Virus record (IMG/VR): IMGVR_UViG_3300030376_006489
DNA length: 64,000 nt
Origin: an uncultured virus (IMG/VR IMGVR_UViG_3300030376_006489)
Taxonomy: Duplodnaviria > Heunggongvirae > Uroviricota > Caudoviricetes
Reading direction: 5' to 3' (one strand)
Position 1 is the stretch's first letter. Each line of letters starts with the position of its first letter. The translations under genes were made by a program, and so were the position numbers. This document shows positions 51,301 through 63,300 of the stretch, one piece after another. The notes beneath the pieces were generated by a model. The model was not told the DNA's origin. It ran no database searches and was given only the letters and a program-made list of their open reading frames with translations.

Positions 51301-54300
51301 ATATTTAAAATTATAGACTGGGGCGCATTAAAAGGACACGCTGGTGATTTTAATCAAGCAATTATGGTTTTAAGTAATCCTAAAAGATTTTATGAAATTG
51401 CTGATAGAATGAGGGATATACATGAGAAAGTTTGGGAAGACATGAGAGACTCAAATGCAATTGCTGCAAGACAATATAAAAATGTAGAAAATAAAAAAAG
51501 AAATCTCTTAATAGCAAGATTAGCAGAAAGAGGTATACATATGGATAAAACTCAATTTAGACCTTTCATGGAAAAAGGAACTATTCCTACTATGTTCTAT
51601 GATAAAATTGGACCAGTTTTACCTCAAGGAGAATCATCACAATTATGGTTAGATATTCAAGAGCTTTTAACAGGATTTAAAGAAGATTTAAAAAAGAAAA
51701 AAGCTACTACAGGAGAAGATGTTTTAGAATCAGAAGAATCTACTACAGAAGAAGGATTTAAAGATTTTGCTGATATAGATGACATAAAGTTACCAACAGA
51801 TAAACTAGAAGAAGAACAAACAGAGCAAGAAAAAAATCTGCTTGCAGAAACAGCAAAGAGAGATGAGTTTTATAAAACGCATCCTGAGACACAAAACTTA
51901 ATGAAAGATATATATCAAAAAGAATATGTTGATAAGTATGATGAACAATTAGATGGTCCATTTTTAAAATACACTTTTTGGAAAGCTAGAAAAAGACAAA
52001 ATGGAAAAGGAGGAAAAGGAATATTAAATGCAAGATATGAGTTATACAAAGAGTATGATAAAGCAGAAAAGGAAGCTAAAGAAAGCACAAGAACATTTGA
52101 TGATTTTATTAATAGCACTAACAACAGAAAATTAGTACAAAAAACATTAAACGCTAATGATGTTACAATAGATCTTGTTTCTCGTTCTAAATTTGATTCA
52201 CCTGAGTTTAGAGAAAATAAACTTGATAAAACGGAAGAGAATGAGCAAGCTAGAGAAACTGTAAAACAGTCAAAGTTTCCAGGTATATATATTTTACAAA
52301 CTAGAACTATAAATAGTGAAGGTGAGAATATTGAGTATTGGCAAGTAGTAGATAAAAGTAAAACAGATTTATCAGTTAGAAATAGAAATTTAGATAAAGA
52401 CAATAAAAGACTTAATTCAAACGGTGTTTATTTTACCTTTGGACAAGCAGAAGATGCTGCAGATTTCATAAATCAAAATAATCCCGTAGAACCTTTTACA
52501 GTTAAACTATTTGGAGAAACATATAGAACAGGAGAGTTACTTCAAAAAGATGGAAAATATTGGCTTAACAGAACAACTAAAAAAACTTATAATAACAATG
52601 GAGGTCTATATTTAGTACCTGTTAAAAACGTAACTGAAAAAACTGCTAAAAATGCTAAAGCAGCTTTTCCTAAAACAAAAAGTAAAATACAACAATGGAA
52701 AAAGGTTGATCTTTCTAAAGAGGATAAAGATGTTACAGAGTTAGCTGTAAAAAAATTACCAGTTAAAAGTCCTATCATGTTTTACCCTTTTGATGGAAAC
52801 ATGGTCAAATATGGAAAATTTGCAACAGGTAATCAAGTAAATGAAAGAGGAGGAGAAGAAGTAAAAACCAGATTTCAAGATTGGTTATCTAACCTAAATA
52901 AAGGCAGAAGAGAAAGTCTTACATTACTTGTTGAAAGAAATCCTGCATTTGAAAGTTATGAAAAACAAAGAAAGGATGACCCTAAATCACTTGATTCTTT
53001 TGATAAGTATAATACATTTTCTAGTTCTAATGAAAATAAAGAATTAAAAGTAGGACAAAATGAATTTGAAATTACTTTAATGGATGGTAAAAAACCTATT
53101 GCTAAATTAAGAAATGTAGGTCTTGTAACTCTTATGGATGGTAAGGATACTATAAAAGGATCCGAAATAACAAAAGAACAAGCAGAAAGATTATTTGATA
53201 TTAAAAATGAAAATGATTATTTATATATAAGAAATAGATATATCAGTTTAGAAGCTATAAATGATCAGATAAGAAAAAAATTAGCAAATAATAAAAGCAT
53301 AGAAATTCCTTTAAGTGATCTTAATAAGACTAGCTTATATCTTAGTCCAGGAACACCTATGGTTAGAATGCAAGATCCTAATTCTACAACAGAGAAGTTT
53401 ATAGAAGCTGATACTAAATTAGATCAATTAGAATATAGTGACTATAATGGTAAAACAGTTATAGCTGATATATATACAGTATGGGAAAAAGGATTTCCTG
53501 TACAACAAGTAAGATGGTTAATAGGACCTAATGCTACATCTAAAGAACAAGTAAAAATTCAAAAAGAAATAAAAGCAATTGTAAAGCAAGCAAAAGGTTT
53601 ATCAGAACAAGATCATTTTCACATTAGTGATATAAATTTAGGAAGGTATGTTCAATTTGTAAAAAGTGCAAATGGAACTGTTACATGGTTTAAACTAAAG
53701 TCTGAAACTTTAACTGATCAACGTATTCAAGACATCATAAAAAAAGTTAAAGAAAGACAAGCACACACAAGAGAAAAAAATTATAAAGGTAAAGAAATTA
53801 AAGTTGATGCTGATAAAAACATAAATGATGCATTCAATGAAGATCTGCAAAATAATGATGTAGACGGTTTCTATTTACAAAATAAATCAGGAGATGAGTT
53901 AAGCTTTAGTATTAATTATGAAGGGAAATTACAAATTAACTACTTTAACAAAGGTAAATCAGAAGGAGCTAATGCTGTAGGTATTCAAGGTAGATTAAAC
54001 ATTTTTATTACTCCTGGTGAAATGGGAATTGTAGAAACTATAGATGAGTTTATAGAAATGCTTAATGATAAAACACAAGCTAGGCAAGAATACTACGAAC
54101 AAGCAGCTAGAAAAGAAGGAAAAAAATATAATAAAGTTAATTTAAAATTTACAAGAGATAGTTTTGCAAATCATATTCCACAAGATACATCAGTAGATCA
54201 AATTAAAAATTTAGTAACCGCTAGAATAAATAAAAAAATTAGAGGTAATAAAGGTTTATATGTTAAGTTTGATGATCCTTCAATTAAACAAGCAATAGCA

Positions 54301-57300
54301 GATAGAGATACTTCTATATCTGAAGAAGAGATAACAGATGGTAATATAACTGAAGATGTAGAGGAAATAGATATTACACAAGGTCATGTTGATGCATATT
54401 ATGGAACAGAGTCAGGAATAGAAATAACAAATTTAGCTGAGTTTAAAGAATCTATAGATAATCAAATTATTGGTAAAATAAAAAATGGAGATACATTAGA
54501 AGCAAATGAAGAGTTTATATGGAAAGTATCTTTAAAAAATCAATATGAATCAGAGAATAAAACAAGAGGTAATAATAAAGGAGAAAATTCTACTTCTGAA
54601 TTAGGAGCTGCAGAAAAAGCTCATAAAATTATTCAATTAAATCAAAAACTTAAAAACAGGAGAATTGAATTAAGAACTGAATTAAGTAATAAGATTAAAG
54701 AAAAAAATCCAAATTATTCAAACAAACAAATTAACAATGAAGTAGACAAATTGATTTCTGAAAATCAAGAACTAAATGATATGTCTGCTGAAATACAAAG
54801 ACTTACCAATGAGTTAAATGCGGCTAACAAAATTATAAGAGGGGGATATTCTAAAAGTCATGAAGATGATGAAGAGACTATAACAAAACTAGAAGAATTT
54901 AGAGAATATGTAAGAACTATTTTTCCTGAAGATCTTATAACTATAGAAGAGTATGATCAAATATTTGACTCTATGATAAATGAGGGCAGGTATAGTGTTG
55001 GAACTTTTGCTACAGATCTTGTTTCAATAGGAGGGAATTTAGAATTTAGAGGAAGAATATTTACATCAGAAAAATCACCTTTTAAATATCATGAAGCTTT
55101 TCATGCAGTATTTAGATTATTTTTAAATAAGGAAGAACAAAGAAAACTTTTAAATCAAGCAAAAAGAGGTTTAAAAGCAGATCTTAAAAAACAAGATAAA
55201 ACTCTAAAGCAAGAAATGATTTTATATAGACTTGACAGTGAGTTATATAAAGAAATGAATGATGATGTTCTATTAGATAGAATGGCTGAAGAATGGTTAG
55301 CAGATCAATTTGAAACCTTTAAACAAAATCCTAGAAGCTCTAAAGCATCTGCCGAAGCTAAGAACTGGTTTACAAAACTTATAGAATTTATAAAAAGAAT
55401 TTTTGAAAGACTTCACAAATCAGATATGCAAATTCTATTTGATAAAATTGATAGAGGAGGATTTAAAAATGCTACAATAGATGAAAATAATCTATTTACA
55501 AAAGATGTAAAATTTGGTGTACCTCAAGTAGCATTTAAATTAATTAGAGAAGGTCAAAGAATAATGACAAGGCCTGTAAAAAATGACTATGGAAAAATTG
55601 TTGATAAACCAATTATAGTAAATACTTATTTACCAGCAAATGTTCAAAATACATTAGTAGCAACTATTGCTGATTTATATATAAATAAAGCTGAAAACAT
55701 AGAGGGAGAGTTTGTTCCACAAACAATTTTAGAAGATTCTGTTAATGAGCAAATACAATTATATAATCCTAGTGATGAATTTTTTGAAAACATGCCTTTT
55801 GAACAACGTTCAAAAATAATAGATAATGTATCAGATAGATATGATGCTTTATTACAAAATAGAGAAGACATTACAGCTGCAGTAAAAAAATATTTAGAAT
55901 TTTTTGATATTAACATTGGTTCTAAACTTGAAACACTTAATGATCTTGAATTTGATTTAGCAGCTAATGTAAAGAATGTTGATCAATATGATGTAGCATC
56001 AGATGAAATAGGAGGAATTAAATCTTTATCATCTGCAATGAGAAAGTTTATTGCTACTACAACAGTAGAAGTTACAGATGAATTTGGAAGAACAGTAAGA
56101 CAGCCTGTTGATTTTGTAGATGCATATAATGCAATGTTAAAAGCTGTAAAAAATACAACAAATCCAACTCAAATAATTAAAAAATTATCTATGTTCCGCG
56201 AGCACAGTGTTCATGGAAGAGCGGTAATAGATAAACTATTTACAAAAATTGGATTAGATGGTTTAACAGAAGAAGATATTAATGCTCCAGGATGGACATT
56301 ACCTACAAATGCAAAAGGTCATTTTACAGTTTCTAATCCTGCATTTTTTCAAGCAGCTGTTAAAGCATTTACACAATTTAGATTAGATTATTTATTTGCT
56401 GAAGTTGATCCAGCAACAGGACAAATCAATATATTTCCAGCTAATAAAAAAGATGATGCAAATTCACAAATAGATAAATGGTCTACTGCCTATACAGCAT
56501 TATATACAGATTTAGTTAATAATACAAATAGTGCACATGATTATGCAATTGCTACTTGGAATACTCTATTCAATGAAATGAAAAGAGATGCTATAAAAGA
56601 TACAGAAGTTAATGAAACATCAGAAGAATTATCTAAAGAGATTTTAGAATATACAGGTATAAACCTTAATAAAGGATACATTAAGTATTTAATACTTAGC
56701 AGTATTTTAAATGAAAAAAGAACTGATAAACAAAAAGATTATCTAGATCTGTATAAAGTAAATGATGATATTACTACAGAAGATGTTGATCAAATAATAA
56801 AAGCTCTCGGTGTTATAAATACTAATACAAAAAAAGCTACTCCTGTTTTATTTGATAGAATAACTGACAGTCAATTATCAATAGAAGGTGAAGGAGAAAT
56901 ATCACTTGATTCAGAAATGGGTGTTAAATCAAGACTTCAAAAATTAGCAAGAGGTAATGCTATTTTTGATGAAACAGTTGGAACTACAGTTTTTAGAACA
57001 CCAGATGGTAAATTAAAGTATGCACACCAAATGCCTACTTATCATATGGAAAAAGTTGAACAATTAAATACTCCAGAAGAATTAAATAAAATGAGAAGAG
57101 ATCCATATTACAAGGATAACTTTTTATTAAACAGTCCTAAGTTCAATGATATAGTAAACAAAGGAATGTTACGTATAATAAGAATAGCAGGACATAAACA
57201 TGTAATGTTACAAACTAATGAGGAGGGAGACTTTGTTGTATCTAAAGCTTTAACTATAAATAAACAACCTGGTATTGCTTTTGGAGATTCCAGTGGTAAA

Positions 57301-60300
57301 GATATAATGAGTCAATTGTTAAATGTATACTTTACTAATTATCAAGCAAAAACAGGAAATGTAAAATCTGAAAGTTATATAGATAATGAAGGTAACGCTG
57401 GAAGTTATGTAATAGCACCTACTGATATTAGAGTTATTGAAGCTTCTAGTACAGGAGATCTTGTTGGATTACCTATTGAAAAAACTGTTGAATCAAAAGA
57501 AGGAGGTAGTGTATTAACAGATGAATACATTGACCACATGATGAATGAAATTAAAATAGAATATGAAACAATAACAAGAGAATATAATGAAAGATACCAA
57601 AATGGTAAATTTGAATCAGGAAGAATAGAAAATTATAACACAGAGGAAAAAGGAAGATGGACAAAATTAAATAAATCTAGAGAATTAGCAACAAAAAGAA
57701 CTAAAGAAATTGCAAGTAGAGTTAGAGAAAAAGCTCCTCATTTAAATACAACACAAAAAGCAACTTTAAAATCTGGGTCATCTATTATATTAAAAACAGC
57801 AGATGGTGCTAATAGATCAAATATAACAGTTGGTGAAAAGGTAATTGCGCCTATGTTAATAGATAAAAAATCTATTAACTACTCATTTGAAAACAAAGGA
57901 GAAAGAACAGCAATGGATTATATTGAAGATCTAGACGGTCTAATAAACAGGTTTGGAAATGCAGTATCTACAGAAGTTAAAATGAAATATTCATTTACAT
58001 ATGGAGATGAAAAAACAAAATATTATACAAATGACGGTATGATATGGAAATTTTTTAATAGTCTTAATAAAAAAGAACAAACTTCATATTATATTTTTGA
58101 AGTGAAACCTGTTGGAGAAACAGAAATAGGACTGACTGAGCAAGATGTTAAAGTGTATGAGACAGATGATCTTGCTGCACAACGTTTAGAAGAATATGCT
58201 ACTACAATAAATCCGGATACAAATACATTATATACTTTTGATGAAGCATTAGCAAAAGTAAAAAAAGAAAATATAGATTTAAAATCTATAATGAATGATA
58301 GATTAATGTCAATGTATTTAGAGTTTGAAACTTTAGTTGATGAACTTGGAATGGATTCTTTAAATAAAGCTATAACAGAACAATTAAAAACTTCTACTCA
58401 AGAAGTAACAGAAAATACTACAAAAGCAATGAATCAGTTATTCTTATTAAAGAATAATAAAGATCATAACCTTAAACAAATATTTTTTAATGACTATTTA
58501 AACACTAAATCTTTTAATCAACTTTTATTGGGTAATACAGCAATGACATTAAAGGATGCCATTGATGAAATTAAAAGAGCTAAAATGCAAAATGCTGCAG
58601 GACCAAGTGCTGAATCAATTATAATTGCACCATATGAATATGATGCAGAAGGAAACATAATAGGGGGTTACGGTATAGATCATCCTGTTAAACATATAAG
58701 CATGGTACCAATTACAGATCCTAAAAGAAAAGATGGTAGTGAAAAGACAGATGGTCAAATGTATGTAACTCTAAAAGCATTTAAATATATGTGGTTTGGT
58801 TTAGGTTTGTCAAGTAAAGCCTTAGACAGTTTAATAAGAAAAATAGAAAAAGGACAACCTATTAGTTTACAAGAATATCACGGAAGCAAAAACAGAAAAT
58901 CTAAAGGATATAAAGCACTTAATGCAATATTGAATTCTAAAAAACTTGTATATGGAGATGGTAAAACATATTTGAAAATGTCTGCTTTTGTTCTAACAGA
59001 AGAATTAACATCATATAAAGATGCAAACGGTATTGTGCATCCAAAACCAGGAAGAGAAGACTTACATAATTTAAGATTGAATATGGAGGCTATTGATAAT
59101 GCACCAAACTCTGAAACAATAACTCTTGGAGTTCCACTGTCAGCATCTAAAATGTATAAAGAAAAAGTTATCAGTTATGAACAAGCATCGTCACCTAATC
59201 AAAATCTTTCTGAGAATGTAATGGATCTTGATGCAAAATATATGAAACTGCAACAAGTTAATCCATCTAATAAAAATGAAAAGATTGCACCTAGACAAAT
59301 TATGACTTTGATAGGAAGTGAACAAGATGATAATATAGATGTAAATATTGCAGGTAAAAAATTAAAGATAGGTGATATACGTAGGATTTATAATGAAGCT
59401 GCAAGTAATACACATTTAAATAAATATTTAGCTAAAAGAAATTTAATATTTAACTTTCAAGATTCACAAGATGAATTACAAAAAAGTATTGATCTTGGAA
59501 GAGTTACAATGAAATTAGAAGCATTTAAAGATTTTGCTTTAGGTGCATTACAAGCATCACAAACTAAAGCACAAATGTATGATATATTTGAAGGTGATTT
59601 TGAATTAAATACTCCAATGACATGGAAACAATATCAAAGATTATTTTTAAGTTATTTTACAAAAGATGTCTTTACTCAAAAAGAAGCAGGTCACACAATC
59701 TCTTTAGTTTCTGATTGGGGGTATAATATAATAAGAAGAGCTTTAAAGGTTGATAAAGAAACAGGTGAAGTTTTAGAATCAGAAATTGTTAGAGATGATG
59801 AATGGTTAGAAAACAGAGATAAAGAAGAATATGAAGTTCTTAATGTTCCTCAAAAAGGTAAATTATATACAAGTTCATTAAGACATAATGTTATGGAATA
59901 TAATGAAGATGGTACTCCTGGTGAAAGATATTCTGAATTTTTATTACCAGCTCATTTTGCAGAAATGGCAAACATTAAAATAGGAGATCCTATTCCAGAT
60001 GTCTTAGCTAAAATGTTTGCTGTAAGAATTCCATCTCAAGATAAACACTCTGCTGTAAATCTTAAACTTGTAGGTTTCTTACCTGTATTTTATGGATCTT
60101 CTGGAATGTTTGCTGAAGAAATGGTTGCTAATTCAGGAGCTGATATGGATATTGATAAAGTATATGCACAAATTAAAGAATGGTATTATGATAAAACTAA
60201 AGGTTTTGTTGAATATGGTAACGGTATAGAAGGAATAAATAATAAATCAGAAAAGATTTTATATGATGAGTATAGAAGATACATGAAGGAGGAATCTTTA

Positions 60301-63300
60301 AAAAGAGGAACTTCTATTAACTTAGCATTAAGACAATATAAAACAAAAGATGTAAAAAATAATATAATAGATTCTAATAAAGAATTAATTAAAACAGCAA
60401 ATGAAGTTTGGAATGACTGGAATATATGGGCAACAAAACAAAAAAACGGCCCTCAAACTATAGGGTGGAATGAGTTAGAATCTAGACTACAATTTGCTAG
60501 AGAAAAAAGATACCCTGTAAATAAAAGCACAGGAGAATTTTATGATGTATATTCATTTGTTGATGTAACTAAAGAAATATTAAACGGAGCATTATTTCAA
60601 TTAGGACTTCCATATTCTCCTAAAACTTATAAAGAATTTAAAGAAAAGCATAATGGAAGAGAACCTTATACAGCACCGGATAATAATATCTTAGTAGATA
60701 CAAAATATATCCTACAAGGAAATCCAAAAATGATGAATGAGGATGCTAAAGGCAATCAAACAGGTATTGCAAATGAGCCTGCCGTTGTTGATCCCCTAAT
60801 AGAAGTATTAAATTGGATGAAACAAGAAATTCCTGCAGTAAGAGAATCACTTAGTGAAGAAGGTTTAGATGTAGATAGCCTACTTGGTAAAATAAAAGCA
60901 TGGATAAATAATCATGAAGGTGCAAATAATATTGGTGCAGTAGTATTACCAAACCTTGTAATGAATTTACTAGGAGAATACAATATAAAAATTAGTGATG
61001 TTAAAGGAGTTGGTCAAATAGTAATGAACGGTGTTACTTATAATAGTTTTTCTACTGCATGGGCAGAAACATCTCCAGGTAAGTTTGATAAAACTAAGAG
61101 AACTCAGTTTGTTATATCAGCTTTAATTACAGCAATGACTGATAATGCAAAAGAAAGATTAGCAGCTTATTTAGGTTTAAATAGAGATGCTTTAGCTGTA
61201 GTAACTAATATGACAGCATTGGGTGTTCCTATTAAAGACTCTATATTAATGGTTAATCATCCTACATTAAAAGAGTTATATTTTAGATTTTATAATCCAC
61301 GTACTGAAGAGGATACAAAAAGCATACCGGCAAAGTTACAAGAAGTACTCAATGCAGCACCTTCTGAAATAAAAAAGAGAGCAGAAGAATTACCTATTAC
61401 TACTGATGCTCTTGTAAATCAAATTGAAAGTTTTAAATATACAAAAGGAAGAAAAGAAACTATATCAGGACAATCTATTAGTGCATTTCAGGGATATAAG
61501 GGAGGATATGAAAATAAAGGTAAAGGTACACCACAAGGAGATGGTAAAGATAAAGCTATGAGAGAAACAGCTGATACATCAATAACAGAAATATTTGACA
61601 GAACAAAAGAATCTTCTTCTAAAACTACAGAAGATCAATTACCTTGGGATAGTAATGAATCCATTAATGGAATTGTTATGTTAGCAAGAAATGGAAGTCT
61701 TAGAGGTCAAGATTTAGATGTTAGAACTAAAGAACGAATTGATGAAGCATTTGAAAGAGGTGCAACATTTATAGTAGGAGATATGGCAGGAGTAGATAGT
61801 CAATTTATAGATTATTTACAAAAAATTGGTGCTAAGTTTACTATTTATCATACAGGAAAGACACCTAGAATTAATATATCTTCTTCTGAAGTGTCAGTTG
61901 AAAAAAGATTTGAGCTTGATGCAATGGAATATAAAATATTACAAACATTTGCTAACGCTCATAACATAAAACAATATACAGGATACGTTACTAATTTTTT
62001 AACTATATCAGCTGGACTGGGTCAATCTACACAAAAGTTTGATGAAAGAGATCTAGCTTTTGAAAAATTAGGTATAGGAAAATCAGATGTAGAATTTCTA
62101 AAAGGAATAAAACAAAAAGACGGAACTATAAAACATTACCCTATTGATGTTAGATCTATTTTTGAAGGTAAAGCTCTTGGTAAATATAAGATAGTACCGT
62201 GGCAATCAACAATATTTAAAACATATTCAGAGTTGCAAAAATTACTTCCTAAAGCTTTTATCTGGAGAACAGAAAATTTTAAAACAATTAAAGATTTAGT
62301 AATTAACGGTTTACAATCAAACAAAGTTACAAAAGATTATGAATTTAAAATTCAAGAAAGCATACTATCATATCTAACAGCTAAAGCCTATATTAGACAT
62401 CTTGAAAATACAGGACAGGTTCATAGATTAGCATCTTTAAGAAACGGTTTAATATATGATGAATTTGCAGATGGAAAGTTGACTATAAAACATGTAGTTA
62501 ATACTTTACTAAACGAAAATCCAGATAATTTATTTATATCAAAATACGTCAAGCTTATAGAAACTGAAAATAATATGAACAAGGATGGTATTAATGAGGT
62601 GCAAGCTAATACATGGAATAAATTAAATGATTCAACCATCATTGAAATACAAAGAGCTTTAATTGAATTATATACAAAAGATGATGCAACAAGAAGAAAC
62701 GTAGATCATTTAATAAATTATTTATTTGTTAAAGACGGTATGAATTTTGCAAGAAATACTTATTTATCTGTAATACCTGTACAAATATTAGAAGAAATAT
62801 TTGAATCTGTAAAACCAGTACATGCTTTATTTTTAGATAACAATGCTACATCTACACATTATGAAAAAGTATTTGGTCCTGGAGTAACACTTAATGATCT
62901 TGCTAATGAAATAAATGATAGCATTTTAGAATCATCTAAAAACGCTTTCTATTTAAAACAATTAAGAAGAAAAGTAATACCTCAACCAGGTATTAAAGAA
63001 TTTGTAAGAGATGAAACAGATACTCTCATAAAAGAAGAAGATTCTGTTGACCGTATTTCTTCAAGTATAGGTACACATGCAGCATTAGAACAAGGAATAA
63101 TATCTGGAATGTTTACTGCAAAAAAATTAGGACAAAAAGATTATACAATTTCAATTGGTGAAAATGATACACAATATACAATCAAAGAAGTAATTAAATT
63201 AGACAATAAAAAAATTAAAAATAAAGCTGCACTTGCTAAACTTAGCAGACTTTCAGGTATTCAATCTGAATACATCAGTGCAAGGTATGGTAATATAGAT

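Noticed and set aside
1328..62642. Short minus-strand ORFs and small alternative-frame + ORFs in the ORF track
   Set aside because: Nearly all are shadows of long + strand genes, with low-complexity F/L/S/I-rich translations and no motifs.
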